Assembly: GCA_045539135.1 (NCBI GenBank) | Contig: JAZQET010000092.1 | Coordinates: 1,200-65,199, forward strand | DNA: 64,000 nt | Direction of reading: 5' to 3' | Source of the DNA: Eubacteriales bacterium | GTDB taxonomy: Bacteria > Bacillota > Clostridia > Oscillospirales > QAKW01 | Part shown: positions 46,134 through 55,657 of the stretch, piece by piece | How positions within the stretch are numbered: the stretch's first letter is position 1 | How the letters are laid out: every line of letters begins with the position of its first letter | Translations under genes and position numbers: made by a program | The notes under the pieces: generated by a model | What the model saw: only the letters and a program-made list of their open reading frames with translations | What the model was told of the DNA's origin: nothing | Database searches by the model: none

Positions 46134-46817
46134 TCAACGGTCATCCTTCAACAGCTTGGTACCTTCCAACATTTTATAGGTTTTTTCGGTGGGATATGCT
46201 ACAAACCGATTGATGGGCACCCCCATAGAGGAAAACCGTTCTTCATACTCGGTCATAATATTGGGGGTATCGGTACTGTGCAGATCATAGGTCAGCTCGG
46301 TAAGGCGGAAGCCGATCTCGGTAAATTCCTCTACCGAGAAATCAAAGAGGGGGCGGTTATCGGTCTTAAAGCAGATCTTGCCCCCCTCTTTCAGCAGGGG
46401 CAGGTATGCCGCCACCATCCGCCGATGAGTCAACCGCCGCTTGGCATAGCGGGCTTTGGGCCAAGGATCGGAAAAGTTGAGATACAGCGTATCGATGCTC
46501 TTTGCGGGGAAGCATTCGGTCAGCTCCGCCGCATCCATACAGAAAAAGCGGATATTATGCAACTCCTTATTCCGCGCCTTTTCCATTGCCATCACCAAGC
46601 AATCGATGACCCGCTCAATGGAAATATACTGACGGTCAGGGTTCTGCTCCGCCAAGGTCACAATAAAGCGCCCCTTACCGGAGCCGATCTCCATATCCAA
46701 GGGCTTTTCTTCATCGAAATGCTCCCAAAAACGGTCCAAAAGACCTGCGGTCTCTAAGGTATAATCGGCACACCGCTCAAAGCGGACACCGGCATTTTTC
46801 TTTTTTCTTAAACGCAT
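46134..46817 (-). CDS. trmB: tRNA (guanine-N7)-methyltransferase
   Basis: Trimmed to MRLRKKKNAGVRFE (GGAG SD). MEIGSGKGRFIVTLAEQNP, LNFSDPWPK. Confidence 0.88.
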   Translation of the reverse strand: MRLRKKKNAGVRFERCADYTLETAGLLDRFWEHFDEEKPLDMEIGSGKGRFIVTLAEQNPDRQYISIERVIDCLVMAMEKARNKELHNIRFFCMDAAELTECFPAKSIDTLYLNFSDPWPKARYAKRRLTHRRMVAAYLPLLKEGGKICFKTDNRPLFDFSVEEFTEIGFRLTELTYDLHSTDTPNIMTEYEERFSSMGVPINRFVAYPTEKTYKMLEGTKLLKDDR

Positions 46818-46909
46818 AACGGCTCCTTTTTGTTTTTTTCTATTGTACTTGGTTTTTTCGGATTTTTCAAGCATAGAATGAAGAAAAAACATCCGAAAGG
46901 AGAACATTT

Positions 46910-47509
46910 ATGCCCACCGTCTATCTTTCCCCCTCCACCCGCCAGTTCAACCAAGGCTACGGCACCTTCGGTTCCGAGGAGGAGCGGATGAACCTAATTG
47001 CCGACATTATTGAATTGGAACTGACCCGAAACGGAGTGACCACCTTGCGCAATAACCCCGCCTACGACCTGACCTCGGTGGTTTCCGATGCCAACACCAA
47101 GGGCGGCGATGTCTATGTGGCGCTCCGCTCTCTGCCTTGTCTGCGGGGCGCGGAAGGGGCGCGGGTGCTTTACTTTCGGGAGGGCTCCAACGGGCAGCGC
47201 TTGGCGCAGGATATTTACACCGAACTCTCCCCTCTGACTCCCACCCAAGACCGCGGCATTGAGGACGGCGGAGAAGCCTTCGGCGGGCAGGGTTTTTACG
47301 AGCTGCGGCGGACCCGCGCCCCTGCGGTGATCGTGGAGCTGGGGTGCCACAACGATCCGGAGCAAGCAGACTTTATCGTGCGCAATGTTTTTGACATCGG
47401 CGTTGCCGTTGCAAGAGGAATTTTGACCTATTTCGGGCTCCCCTACACCCCCTTGGAGGAGGAGCAGGAGCGACGTCTTCGGAATGAATATAATTCAATT
47501 TATTTATGA
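46910..47509 (+). CDS. MurNAc-LAA (amidase_3)-like protein, possibly catalytically degenerate
   Basis: 199 aa, no signal peptide. VYLSPSTRQFNQGYG..GSEEERMNLIADIIELEL..APAVIVELGCHNDPEQADFI. Confidence 0.55.
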   Translation: MPTVYLSPSTRQFNQGYGTFGSEEERMNLIADIIELELTRNGVTTLRNNPAYDLTSVVSDANTKGGDVYVALRSLPCLRGAEGARVLYFREGSNGQRLAQDIYTELSPLTPTQDRGIEDGGEAFGGQGFYELRRTRAPAVIVELGCHNDPEQADFIVRNVFDIGVAVARGILTYFGLPYTPLEEEQERRLRNEYNSIYL

Positions 47510-47637
47510 ATATTATTCATTTTATGCAGCCCCGCCGTTTTGAAAAATTCTCTTCGCGGAGGGGTAGATTTTATGCATTTTCAATCCTTAAATAAAATAA
47601 AAAGCGAATTTTATTCAAAAAAATTTCAAAATCCCTA

Positions 47638-47666
47638 TTGACAATGCGCATATTATGCATTATACT
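47638..47666 (+). promoter_or_regulatory. Sigma-A promoter of the amino-acid ABC transporter operon
   Basis: TTGACA (47638-47643), 17-nt spacer, TATACT (47661-47666). Confidence 0.65.
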
Positions 47667-47714
47667 GTATCCACAACCTTAAAAAACAATTTTTTAGAAA
47701 AGAGGATTATTCAA

Positions 47715-48482
47715 ATGAAAGCAATGAAGAAAGTTCTTTGCCTGGTTCTGGCTGTGATGATGGTCTTTACTCTGGCTGCTTGCGGCACTACCGGCAACGA
47801 CAAGGAATTGGTAATGGCTACCAACGCAAACTTCCCTCCCTATGAGTTTATGGAAGGCGAAGAGTATGCAGGTATCGATATCGATCTGGCAGAAGCCATC
47901 GCTGAGAAGCTTGGCAAGACTCTGGTGATCGAGAACGTAGAGTTCGGCTCCATCGTGACCGGCGTTCAGTCCGGCAAGTATGATGTAGGTATCGCCGGCA
48001 TGACCGTGACCGACGAGCGTAAAGAGCAGGTAAACTTCTCCGATTCTTATGCAACCGGTATTCAGGTTGTTATCGTGAAGGAAGGCTCTGCCATCACCGA
48101 TCTGGATGCTCTGAGCGGTGAGACCGTGAAGATCGGCGTTCAGCAGGATACCACCGGTCATATCTACGCTTCCGATACCGTTGAAAACGGCGGTTACGGC
48201 GAAGATCATGTAACTCCCTTCCTGAACGGTGCCGATGCAGTAAACGCTCTGGTAACCGGCAGTGTGGACGCTGTGATCATCGATCAGGAGCCCGCAAAGG
48301 CATTTGTTGCTGAAAATAAGGGCCTGAAGATTCTGGAAGCCGAGTGGGCAGTTGAGGATTATGCCATCGCCATCAATAAGGAAGACACCAAGTTGCTGGA
48401 AGACATCAACAAGGCTCTTGCTGAATTGAAGGCAGACGGTACCGTCGACAAGATCGTTGCTGAGTACATCAAGGCTGAGTAA
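47715..48482 (+). CDS. Amino-acid ABC transporter substrate-binding lipoprotein (family 3 SBP)
   Basis: Trimmed to MKAMKKVLCLVLAVMMVFTLAACG (lipobox). NANFPPYEF, GYDVGIAGMTVTDER pattern. Confidence 0.88.
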   Translation: MKAMKKVLCLVLAVMMVFTLAACGTTGNDKELVMATNANFPPYEFMEGEEYAGIDIDLAEAIAEKLGKTLVIENVEFGSIVTGVQSGKYDVGIAGMTVTDERKEQVNFSDSYATGIQVVIVKEGSAITDLDALSGETVKIGVQQDTTGHIYASDTVENGGYGEDHVTPFLNGADAVNALVTGSVDAVIIDQEPAKAFVAENKGLKILEAEWAVEDYAIAINKEDTKLLEDINKALAELKADGTVDKIVAEYIKAE

Positions 48483-48497
48483 TTAAATCAACAGAAT

Positions 48498-48534
48498 ATC
48501 GGGGTGCCTTCCCCGTAAGGCACCCCGATTTTTC
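48498..48534 (+). terminator. Intra-operon attenuating terminator after the SBP gene
   Basis: atcggggtgcctt-ccccg-taaggcaccccgat followed by TTTTT. Confidence 0.65.
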
Positions 48535-48556
48535 GCTGTGAAAGGACAGTTAAGTT

Positions 48557-49312
48557 TTGAATAAGATCATTCTTTGGTTCCAAGAAATGTGGACAGAGTT
48601 TTCTGCCGATTTCTATAAGAACTTTATTAAAAGCGATCGCTGGCTCTCCCTGCTCAAGGGCTTGGGTGCCACCCTGCAGATCACCTTTTTTGCACTGATC
48701 ATCGGTCTTTTGCTGGGCATTGTGGTGGCGGCGGTTCGCTCTACTTTTGATAAAAATCACGAAGTGATGAAGAAAAAGGGCGGCGTCAGCTGGGCCCTGC
48801 TGAAGTTCTTCAACAGCATCTGCAACATTTACCTGACGGTGATCCGCGGTACCCCTGTGGTGGTGCAGTTGATGATCTTCTTCTTTGTGGTGTTTGCAGG
48901 CTCCCGTAACGGAATTATGGTTGCCACCATCGCCTTCGGTGTGAACTCCGGTGCCTATGTGGCGGAGATCTTCCGCAGCGGCATCCTTTCGGTGGACAAC
49001 GGGCAGTTTGAAGCAGGCCGTTCCTTGGGATTCAGTTATCTGCAAACCATGATCTATGTGATCATTCCCCAAGCCTTCAAGGCGGTATTGCCCACCTTGT
49101 GTAATGAATTCATCGTGCTGCTGAAGGAGACCTCCGTAGCCGGCTATGTGGGCGTTATCGACCTGACCAAAGCGGGCGACATTATTCGCGGACGTACCTT
49201 CTCTGCCTATATGCCCCTGATCGCCGTTGCCATTGTTTATTTGGTGATGGTGATGATCCTGACCGCCTTGGTGCGGATGCTGGAAAGGAGGTTGCGTAAG
49301 AGTGAGCGATAA
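48557..49312 (+). CDS. Amino-acid ABC transporter permease
   Basis: 251 aa (TTG start). EAA loop [24 protein letters not shown]. Confidence 0.88.
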   Translation: MNKIILWFQEMWTEFSADFYKNFIKSDRWLSLLKGLGATLQITFFALIIGLLLGIVVAAVRSTFDKNHEVMKKKGGVSWALLKFFNSICNIYLTVIRGTPVVVQLMIFFFVVFAGSRNGIMVATIAFGVNSGAYVAEIFRSGILSVDNGQFEAGRSLGFSYLQTMIYVIIPQAFKAVLPTLCNEFIVLLKETSVAGYVGVIDLTKAGDIIRGRTFSAYMPLIAVAIVYLVMVMILTALVRMLERRLRKSER

Positions 49313-50042
49313 GATCATTGAAGTAATCGGCTTGAAAAAGCATTATAACGGCGGTGCCATCAAGGCACTCAACGGTATTGATGTGACCATCAACCGCGGC
49401 GAAGTGGTGGTGGTGATCGGACCTTCCGGCTCCGGCAAATCCACTCTTCTGCGCTCTTTGAACCTGCTGGAGGATCCCACCGAAGGGCAAATCATTGTGG
49501 ATGGCACCGATATTGCCGATAAAAAGGCAAACATCAACCTCCACCGCCAGAAGATGGGGATGGTGTTTCAGCACTTCAACCTCTTCCCCCATATGACCAT
49601 CCTGAAAAATATGACCATCGCCCCCATGAAGCTGAAAAAGGTGCCAAAGGAGGAGGCGGAAGCCACCGCTTTGGAGCTTTTGAAGCGGGTAGGTCTTGAG
49701 GATCGGGCGGGGGCTTATCCCAGCCAGCTTTCCGGCGGGCAGAAGCAGCGTGTTGCCATTGTGCGTGCATTGGCAATGAACCCTGCGGTAATGCTCTTCG
49801 ACGAGCCCACCTCCGCTTTGGATCCCGAAATGGTCGGCGAGGTTCTGGAAGTTATGAAGGAACTGGCCAAAGAAGGGATGACCATGGTGGTGGTGACCCA
49901 CGAAATGGGCTTTGCCAAAGAGGTTGCCGATCGGGTGCTCTTTATTGACGAGGGCATCATTCAGGAGCAGGGTACCCCCGAGGAGATCTTCGAGCATCCC
50001 CAAAATCCCCGTACCCAAAGCTTCCTCTCAAAAGTATTATAA
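49302..50042 (+). CDS. Amino-acid ABC transporter ATP-binding protein
   Basis: [35 protein letters not shown]. Confidence 0.93.
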   Translation: MSDKIIEVIGLKKHYNGGAIKALNGIDVTINRGEVVVVIGPSGSGKSTLLRSLNLLEDPTEGQIIVDGTDIADKKANINLHRQKMGMVFQHFNLFPHMTILKNMTIAPMKLKKVPKEEAEATALELLKRVGLEDRAGAYPSQLSGGQKQRVAIVRALAMNPAVMLFDEPTSALDPEMVGEVLEVMKELAKEGMTMVVVTHEMGFAKEVADRVLFIDEGIIQEQGTPEEIFEHPQNPRTQSFLSKVL

Positions 50043-50044
50043 TT

Positions 50045-50075
50045 AAAAAGGCAAGTCTTGCACTTGCCTTTTTTC
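50045..50075 (+). terminator. Rho-independent terminator of the ABC operon
   Basis: aaaaaggcaagt-cttgc-acttgccttttttc. Confidence 0.75.
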
Positions 50076-50122
50076 TTTTCAGAAGGTATACTAAAGATAT
50101 ACTATATTATAAGGAGTATGCT

Positions 50123-51136
50123 ATGCGATTTCTTGTGACCGCAGATCTACATATTCAAAAAGCAGACCGTCTGCCTTTGATGGAGCGGATCCTCCGCACC
50201 GCCGAGGAGCAGGTCTGCGATGCTCTGCTGATCGGCGGGGATCTTTTGGACTCTCCCTTCCCCGAAGCCGAGGCGGAAAAGGGGATCCTTTCCCTTTTTG
50301 CTCAATGGAGCAAGCCCATCTTTTTGGTGGCGGGGAATCACGATCCCTTGGCGCTGACCGCCCTTTACGGGCGGATGCCTGCCAATGTAACGGTATTTCC
50401 CGAGACCCTGACCGCCTATACCTTGGGGCAAAACCTGCGCCTATACGGTTATTCCGCCCTGCGGGAGCAAAGCGACCGCCATCCCTTGGCAGGGTTTTCC
50501 GTGCCCCGCGGAGAGACCGCCCTTTTATTGGGGCACGGTCATTTTGAAGGCACCGATTTTCAGCCGGTGCGGCCGGAGGAGTTGGTTCAAAGCGGAGTAA
50601 GCCTTGCCGTCTTGGGGCATATTCATAAGGGTGAACAGCGCCAGATAGGCGGCTGCCGCCTGTTGATCCCCGGCATCCCCCAAGGGCGGGGCTGGGATGA
50701 GACCGGCGAAAAATTTGTTTACCGCGTGGATGCCGATGAAAAGGGCATTGCGGTGGAGCCCCTTTCGGTGGCCGAGGTGCAATACCGCCAAGAAGAGGCA
50801 GAACTGACCGGTTGCACTTCAGCAGAAGAAATGCTTACCCGTATGGAGCGGCACCTGCCGAAAGCCAACACCGTTGTGCGATTAGTGCTGACGGGGGAGG
50901 TTGCGGAGGAAGCAGACATTGCCGCCCGCCTCTTTACCGAGAAATACGGTATTGAAGTGATCGACCGCACCACCCCTGCCCTTTCTGCAGAGGCGATGCA
51001 ACAGCAAAACACCCTGCAGGGGCACTTTGTGCGCCGTGCCATGAAGGAAATTGCCAACGCCACCCCCCAAGAGCGCCCTATTTTAGAGGAAGCCTTGCGG
51101 CTGGGTCTTAAGGCATTGAAGGAGGCGCGGTTATGA
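50123..51136 (+). CDS. Metallophosphoesterase / SbcD-like DNA repair exonuclease (YhaO-like)
   Basis: MRFLVTADLHI, IGGDLLD, VAGNHD, LLGHGH, VLGHIH. Confidence 0.75.
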   Translation: MRFLVTADLHIQKADRLPLMERILRTAEEQVCDALLIGGDLLDSPFPEAEAEKGILSLFAQWSKPIFLVAGNHDPLALTALYGRMPANVTVFPETLTAYTLGQNLRLYGYSALREQSDRHPLAGFSVPRGETALLLGHGHFEGTDFQPVRPEELVQSGVSLAVLGHIHKGEQRQIGGCRLLIPGIPQGRGWDETGEKFVYRVDADEKGIAVEPLSVAEVQYRQEEAELTGCTSAEEMLTRMERHLPKANTVVRLVLTGEVAEEADIAARLFTEKYGIEVIDRTTPALSAEAMQQQNTLQGHFVRRAMKEIANATPQERPILEEALRLGLKALKEARL

Positions 51137-53196
51137 GATTGATTCAAGCGGAGATCACCGCCTTCGGAAAATTCAAAAACTTCTCCCTTTCTTTTGAGGA
51201 AGGACTTAATCGGTTGATCCGCCCCAATGAGTTCGGCAAGACCACCCTGATCCATTTTCTCTATTTTATGCTCTTCGGCTATGAGGCCAAGCGGCTGAAG
51301 GGGTATTTTCCTTGGGACGAAGCCGCCTTGGCAGGTGCCTTGGTTTTAGAGCACCAAGGCAAGCGGTGGCGGATCGAGCGGATCCACCCCGCCAAGGGAG
51401 CGGAAAAACGGAAGATCTTTTGCCCCGATACGGGAGAAGAACTTGTGCTTTCCCCCAAGGAACAGCCTGCCGCCCGCTTTTTAAGCATCGACGGTGAGAC
51501 CTTTTTAAGAACTCTTTGCATCACCGAAAGCGACCTGCTTTTTGCCCGTACCGACGGGCTGGATGTGGCACTGAAAAACCTGACCGCCACCGGTGATGAG
51601 AATGTTTCCTATTCCCAGGCGGAAGGATATCTCCGAGATCTGCACAAGCGCTATATGCACTGGGGCAAGACCCAAGGACCCTTGCTGGATCTGAAAAAAG
51701 AACTGGAAAACGACCGCCTGCGCCTTAGCGCTCTGCAACAGCAGGTCAGCAGTCAGTTAGTGACCAAGGGGACTTGGGAACGGTTGGAGCAGGAGCGGGC
51801 AGAGCAGATGACCGCCATTGCCGCCCTGCAGGAGCGCTTGAAAAAAGCCACTGCCTCCGATGCCTTGGCACGGTTGCAGCAGCTGCAGCTTTTACGGGAG
51901 CAGAAAACCAGTTTAGAGCCGCCTGCCGTTTCCGAAGCGGATCTGGATCGGCTGGATGCCGCTTTCAACCAACAGGAGGAGGCCATCCGCCTTGCCAAAG
52001 ACTGCGCCGAGGAAAAGACCCGCGCTTGGGAGCAACTGCAGCTCTTAACCCAATCGGCAGACCGCTTTGGGTTCCACAGCGGCACCGCCCTTCAGCGGGA
52101 GGAGCTGAATAAAAAGACCTCTCCCCTGCTTATGGGCGGGGTAGGTTCGGCAGTTTTGAGTGCCGTCGCCTTGGTTTTAGGGGTTCTTTTGCACCCTTAT
52201 GCCTATCTTGCCGCCGGTATTCTTTTGGCGGCGGCGGTGGGTTGCTTTTTGGGGCATTCCTTCCGCAGAAACAGCCTTTTGCGGGCAAACGGGGTTGCCA
52301 CCCTTGGGCAGCTGAACGAAAAATGGGCACAGTATCAGGAGGTCCTCTCCCAACTGCAAGCCCAACAACAGCAGTTTGATGCCTTCTCCGCTCAAGAGGC
52401 GGATGCCCGCCGCAAGGAGGAGGATGCCCGCCGCCTTGCCGACGAATTAAAGGCGCAATTCCGCATCCTGACCGCAGGAGAGCTGAAAGAAGCGCGCATC
52501 CTTTGGGGTGTTTATCGCCAAAGCGAAAACCGCGCCGATCTGCGTTTGCAGGAGCAGATGATCTTGGGCAATAAGACCGAAGAGGAATGGCAAGCCTTAG
52601 CCCAAAATGCCGTACCCTGCGGGGAGACTGCCGAGCAAGTGCAAGCCCTTTTATCGGAGGCCCAGGAGCAATTACGCATCATCCAGCATCAAAAGGATGC
52701 TTTGGAGCTTGGGGATCTGCGCACCCTTTGGGAAGAACAGACCCGCCTTGGTACGCAGGTACAGCAAAAAGAGCAGCAGGTACAGCAGTGGCAGCAAGAG
52801 CTTCTTGCGGTGCAGCAAAGCCTTGCTTGGCTGAAGGCCGCCAATGAGGAGATGAACACCCGCTTTGCTCCCCGCCTTTGCGCCGAAGCAGGTGCCCTTC
52901 TCTCCCGCCTGACCGAAGGAAAATACGAAAGCCTGACCATGGATGAGAAATTCAACATCTTCCTGACGGTGGAGTCTGCCACCCATCCCCTTTCCGCCTT
53001 TTCTTCCGGCACGCAGGATGCGGTCTACTTCGCCTTCCGCACGGCGGTCAGCGATCTGATCAGCGAAGCACCCTTACCGCTGATCCTGGATGACCCCTTT
53101 GTGCATCTGGATGAGACCCGCAAAAAGGCCGCCGAGACCCTTTTGAAAAAAGCAGCGGAAGAGCGGCAAATTCTATACTTTTCCTGTCGGGAATAA
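51133..53196 (+). CDS. SbcC/Rad50-like AAA ATPase with a central TM hairpin (YhaN-like)
   Basis: Walker A PNEFGKTTL, long coiled-coil-type Q/E/L-rich regions, central hydrophobic pair LLMGGVGSAVLSAVALVLGVLL / AAGILLAAAVGCFLG, signature SSGTQDAVYFAF, Walker B LILDDPFVHLD. Confidence 0.75.
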   Translation: MRLIQAEITAFGKFKNFSLSFEEGLNRLIRPNEFGKTTLIHFLYFMLFGYEAKRLKGYFPWDEAALAGALVLEHQGKRWRIERIHPAKGAEKRKIFCPDTGEELVLSPKEQPAARFLSIDGETFLRTLCITESDLLFARTDGLDVALKNLTATGDENVSYSQAEGYLRDLHKRYMHWGKTQGPLLDLKKELENDRLRLSALQQQVSSQLVTKGTWERLEQERAEQMTAIAALQERLKKATASDALARLQQLQLLREQKTSLEPPAVSEADLDRLDAAFNQQEEAIRLAKDCAEEKTRAWEQLQLLTQSADRFGFHSGTALQREELNKKTSPLLMGGVGSAVLSAVALVLGVLLHPYAYLAAGILLAAAVGCFLGHSFRRNSLLRANGVATLGQLNEKWAQYQEVLSQLQAQQQQFDAFSAQEADARRKEEDARRLADELKAQFRILTAGELKEARILWGVYRQSENRADLRLQEQMILGNKTEEEWQALAQNAVPCGETAEQVQALLSEAQEQLRIIQHQKDALELGDLRTLWEEQTRLGTQVQQKEQQVQQWQQELLAVQQSLAWLKAANEEMNTRFAPRLCAEAGALLSRLTEGKYESLTMDEKFNIFLTVESATHPLSAFSSGTQDAVYFAFRTAVSDLISEAPLPLILDDPFVHLDETRKKAAETLLKKAAEERQILYFSCRE

Positions 53197-53268
53197 AAAA
53201 TGGTTGTATTTTTTACAATAATATTGTAAAATAGATATGATACAGAGATAAAAGGAGGTTTTTTCGCT

Positions 53269-53616
53269 ATGACCATCAACAATCATAACGGAACCATTAA
53301 TATTACGGAAACTGTATTTGCAAACATTGTGGGTAATGTTGCCAACTCTTGCTACGGCGTGGTGGGTATGGCCGCCAAGTCCGCAGGAGACGGAATCGTT
53401 TCCCTGCTGAAAAAAGATCATTATGAAAAAGGCGTGAAGATCATTCCCGACGGAGACGGTGTGATCGTGGAGATGCACATTGTGGTGCTCTACGGGGTGA
53501 ATTTGCCTGCCGTTACCCGCAGTATTTCCAAGGAAGTAAAATATATGGTGGAGCAGATGACCGGCTTTACCGTAAAGAAAGTCAATATTTTCATTGACGG
53601 TATGAAAGCGAACTAA
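53269..53616 (+). CDS. Asp23/Gls24-family envelope stress protein
   Basis: 115 aa. ITETVFANIVGNVANSCYGVVGM. Strong SD AAAGGAGG. Confidence 0.85.
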   Translation: MTINNHNGTINITETVFANIVGNVANSCYGVVGMAAKSAGDGIVSLLKKDHYEKGVKIIPDGDGVIVEMHIVVLYGVNLPAVTRSISKEVKYMVEQMTGFTVKKVNIFIDGMKAN

Positions 53617-53907
53617 GGGTGAAGTAAACCATCCAAGCGCGCCCCAAAGGGGCACCTTTTGGAGCTTTTCACCCAATTTATTCTTGCAAGGCATCAAGCC
53701 TTGCTTCACCTAAATTGAGTAAAAATCCCTCAAAATCTACTCCCTTTGGGGTCAAAGATTTTCAAAAGTGCGGATTTTTGGTCAATCAAGGCATAAAACA
53801 CAGCCAATACTTTGTGTATTGGCGAGTATTTTAACGCAGAGTGAGCGAAAATCCGCCTTTTCAAAACAGGCTTGGATGATTTGCTTCACCCTAAGGAGAC
53901 TCACAAT

Positions 53908-55545
53908 ATGATTACAGGTAAACAGTATTGCGAGATGATCATCTCCGGATGCAATCATATCAGCAATCAGAAAGTAGCCATAAATGCACTGAATGTATTC
54001 CCTGTTCCCGATGGGGATACCGGTACCAATATGACTTTGACCATCTCCGCCGCCTCGCGGGAGCTGAAGGCCTTGGGCGATTGCACGGTAGCAGAAGCTT
54101 CCGACCGCGCCGCAGGTGCCATGCTCAAAGGAGCGCGGGGCAACAGCGGCGTGATCCTTTCCTTGCTGTTCCGCGGAATTTCCAAGGGCTTCAAGGAGAA
54201 AGAGACCGCCACCGCCAAGGATTTTGCCGTTGCTATGAGCGAGGGTGTGAAGGCCGCTTATCGGGCGGTAATGAAGCCCACCGAGGGTACGGTATTGACC
54301 GTTTCCCGCGTTGCAAGCGAGCGGCTGACCGCTTATGTGGAGACCGCAGACCTGACCTTTGAGGAAGCCCTTCGCTATTATGTGGAGCAGGCAAACGAAG
54401 TGCTGGCAGAGACCCCCGAAATGCTTCCCCAGTTGAAGCAGGCAGGGGTGGTGGATGCCGGCGGTAAAGGCTTCTGCGTGGTGATGGAAGGCGCTTTGGC
54501 CGCCCTCACCGGCAACCCCGTTCAGCCCGAGGAAGAGCAGACCGCCATCGGCATCAACGATCCTGTGGTGGATGAGCTTGCCATGCGGGAAGAAGATATT
54601 AAATTTACCTACTGCACCGAATATATCGTGACGGTGGATGAGACCGCCAAGAAGGATAACCCCGCCGACCTGCGCTCCTATCTGGAGTCCATTGGCGACA
54701 GCGTGGTTTGCGTGCCCGACAACGATATTATCAAGGTCCATGTGCACACCAACCATCCCGGCCGCGCCATTGAAGAGGCCTTGCGGTACGGTTCCTTGGT
54801 CAACCTGAAGATCGATAATATGAAGGAAGAGTTCCGCGAGCGGCAAAAGAACCAGCCCGCAGAGCCCGCCATCGCCGCCCCCACCAAGAAATACGGTTTT
54901 GTTTCGGTGGTTGCAGGGGCAGGTCTTGCTTCCCTTTATAAGGATCTGGGTGTTGACACGGTAGTCGAGGGCGGTCAGACCATGAACCCCTCCACCGAGG
55001 ATATCCTCACCGCAGTCAATAAGACCCCCAGCGAGGTAGTCTTTGTACTGCCCAACAATAAGAACATTATTATGGCCGCCGAAACCGCCAAGGAGCTCTC
55101 CAAGGAGAAACAGGTGGTGGTGATCCCCTCCAAGACCGTACCTCAAGGTGTGACCGCAATGCTGGGCTTCGACGAGAGTATGTCTGTGGAAGAAGTGGAA
55201 GCGGCAATGACCGAGCAGTTGGCTATGGTGCAGACCGCGCAGGTGACCTATGCTGCCAGAGACTCGGTATTTGATGACCACGAGATCAAAGAGGGTCAAC
55301 TGCTGGGTCTGATGGAGACCAAGGTGACCTTTGTGGAAGACAAGATGGAAGATGTTGTCCGCAAGCTGTTTGAGCAGATGGCAGAAAAGGGCGGCTCTTA
55401 TGTGAATGTGTATTACGGCACCGATGTGACCGAAGAAGAGGCAAATAAAATTGCCGCACAGATCCAAGAGCAGATGCCCGATGCAGAGGTTGTTTGCTTG
55501 GAAGGCGGTCAGCCTGTATATCATTATATTTTCAGCGTGGAATAA
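53908..55545 (+). CDS. DAK2-domain protein (YloV-like)
   Basis: Trimmed to MITGKQYCEMIISG (AGGAG SD). VPDGDTGTNM. Pairing with the Asp23 gene is the usual yloU-yloV arrangement. Confidence 0.88.
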   Translation: MITGKQYCEMIISGCNHISNQKVAINALNVFPVPDGDTGTNMTLTISAASRELKALGDCTVAEASDRAAGAMLKGARGNSGVILSLLFRGISKGFKEKETATAKDFAVAMSEGVKAAYRAVMKPTEGTVLTVSRVASERLTAYVETADLTFEEALRYYVEQANEVLAETPEMLPQLKQAGVVDAGGKGFCVVMEGALAALTGNPVQPEEEQTAIGINDPVVDELAMREEDIKFTYCTEYIVTVDETAKKDNPADLRSYLESIGDSVVCVPDNDIIKVHVHTNHPGRAIEEALRYGSLVNLKIDNMKEEFRERQKNQPAEPAIAAPTKKYGFVSVVAGAGLASLYKDLGVDTVVEGGQTMNPSTEDILTAVNKTPSEVVFVLPNNKNIIMAAETAKELSKEKQVVVIPSKTVPQGVTAMLGFDESMSVEEVEAAMTEQLAMVQTAQVTYAARDSVFDDHEIKEGQLLGLMETKVTFVEDKMEDVVRKLFEQMAEKGGSYVNVYYGTDVTEEEANKIAAQIQEQMPDAEVVCLEGGQPVYHYIFSVE

Positions 55546-55571
55546 GACCGCCGAAAAAGACGCAGAATATC

Positions 55572-55603
55572 AAAAAACCTCCCTTTTCAGGGAGGTTTTT
55601 TTA
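55572..55603 (+). terminator. Rho-independent terminator of the DAK2 gene
   Basis: aaaaaacctccc-ttttca-gggaggttttttt. Confidence 0.8.
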
Positions 55604-55616
55604 TGGCATAATTATA

Positions 55617-55651
55617 AAAACAGGGCAGTTCTTTAAGAACTGCCCTGTTTT
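55617..55651 (-). terminator. Rho-independent terminator of the giant adhesin gene
   Basis: aaaacagggcagttc-tttaa-gaactgccctgtttt. The T-run is on the minus strand. Confidence 0.8.
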
Positions 55652-55657
55652 GTTTGA

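Noticed and set aside
45544-46179. Several 60-230-aa ORFs in the rodA-trmB spacer
   Set aside because: They overlap each other on both strands, lack SD sequences and run through the hairpin repeats. The region is better explained as non-coding repeats plus two terminators.
53782-55524. 580-aa ORF on the minus strand
   Set aside because: It is antisense to the DAK2-domain gene, which has a clear motif (DGDTGTNM) and an SD. The antisense product has no recognisable features.
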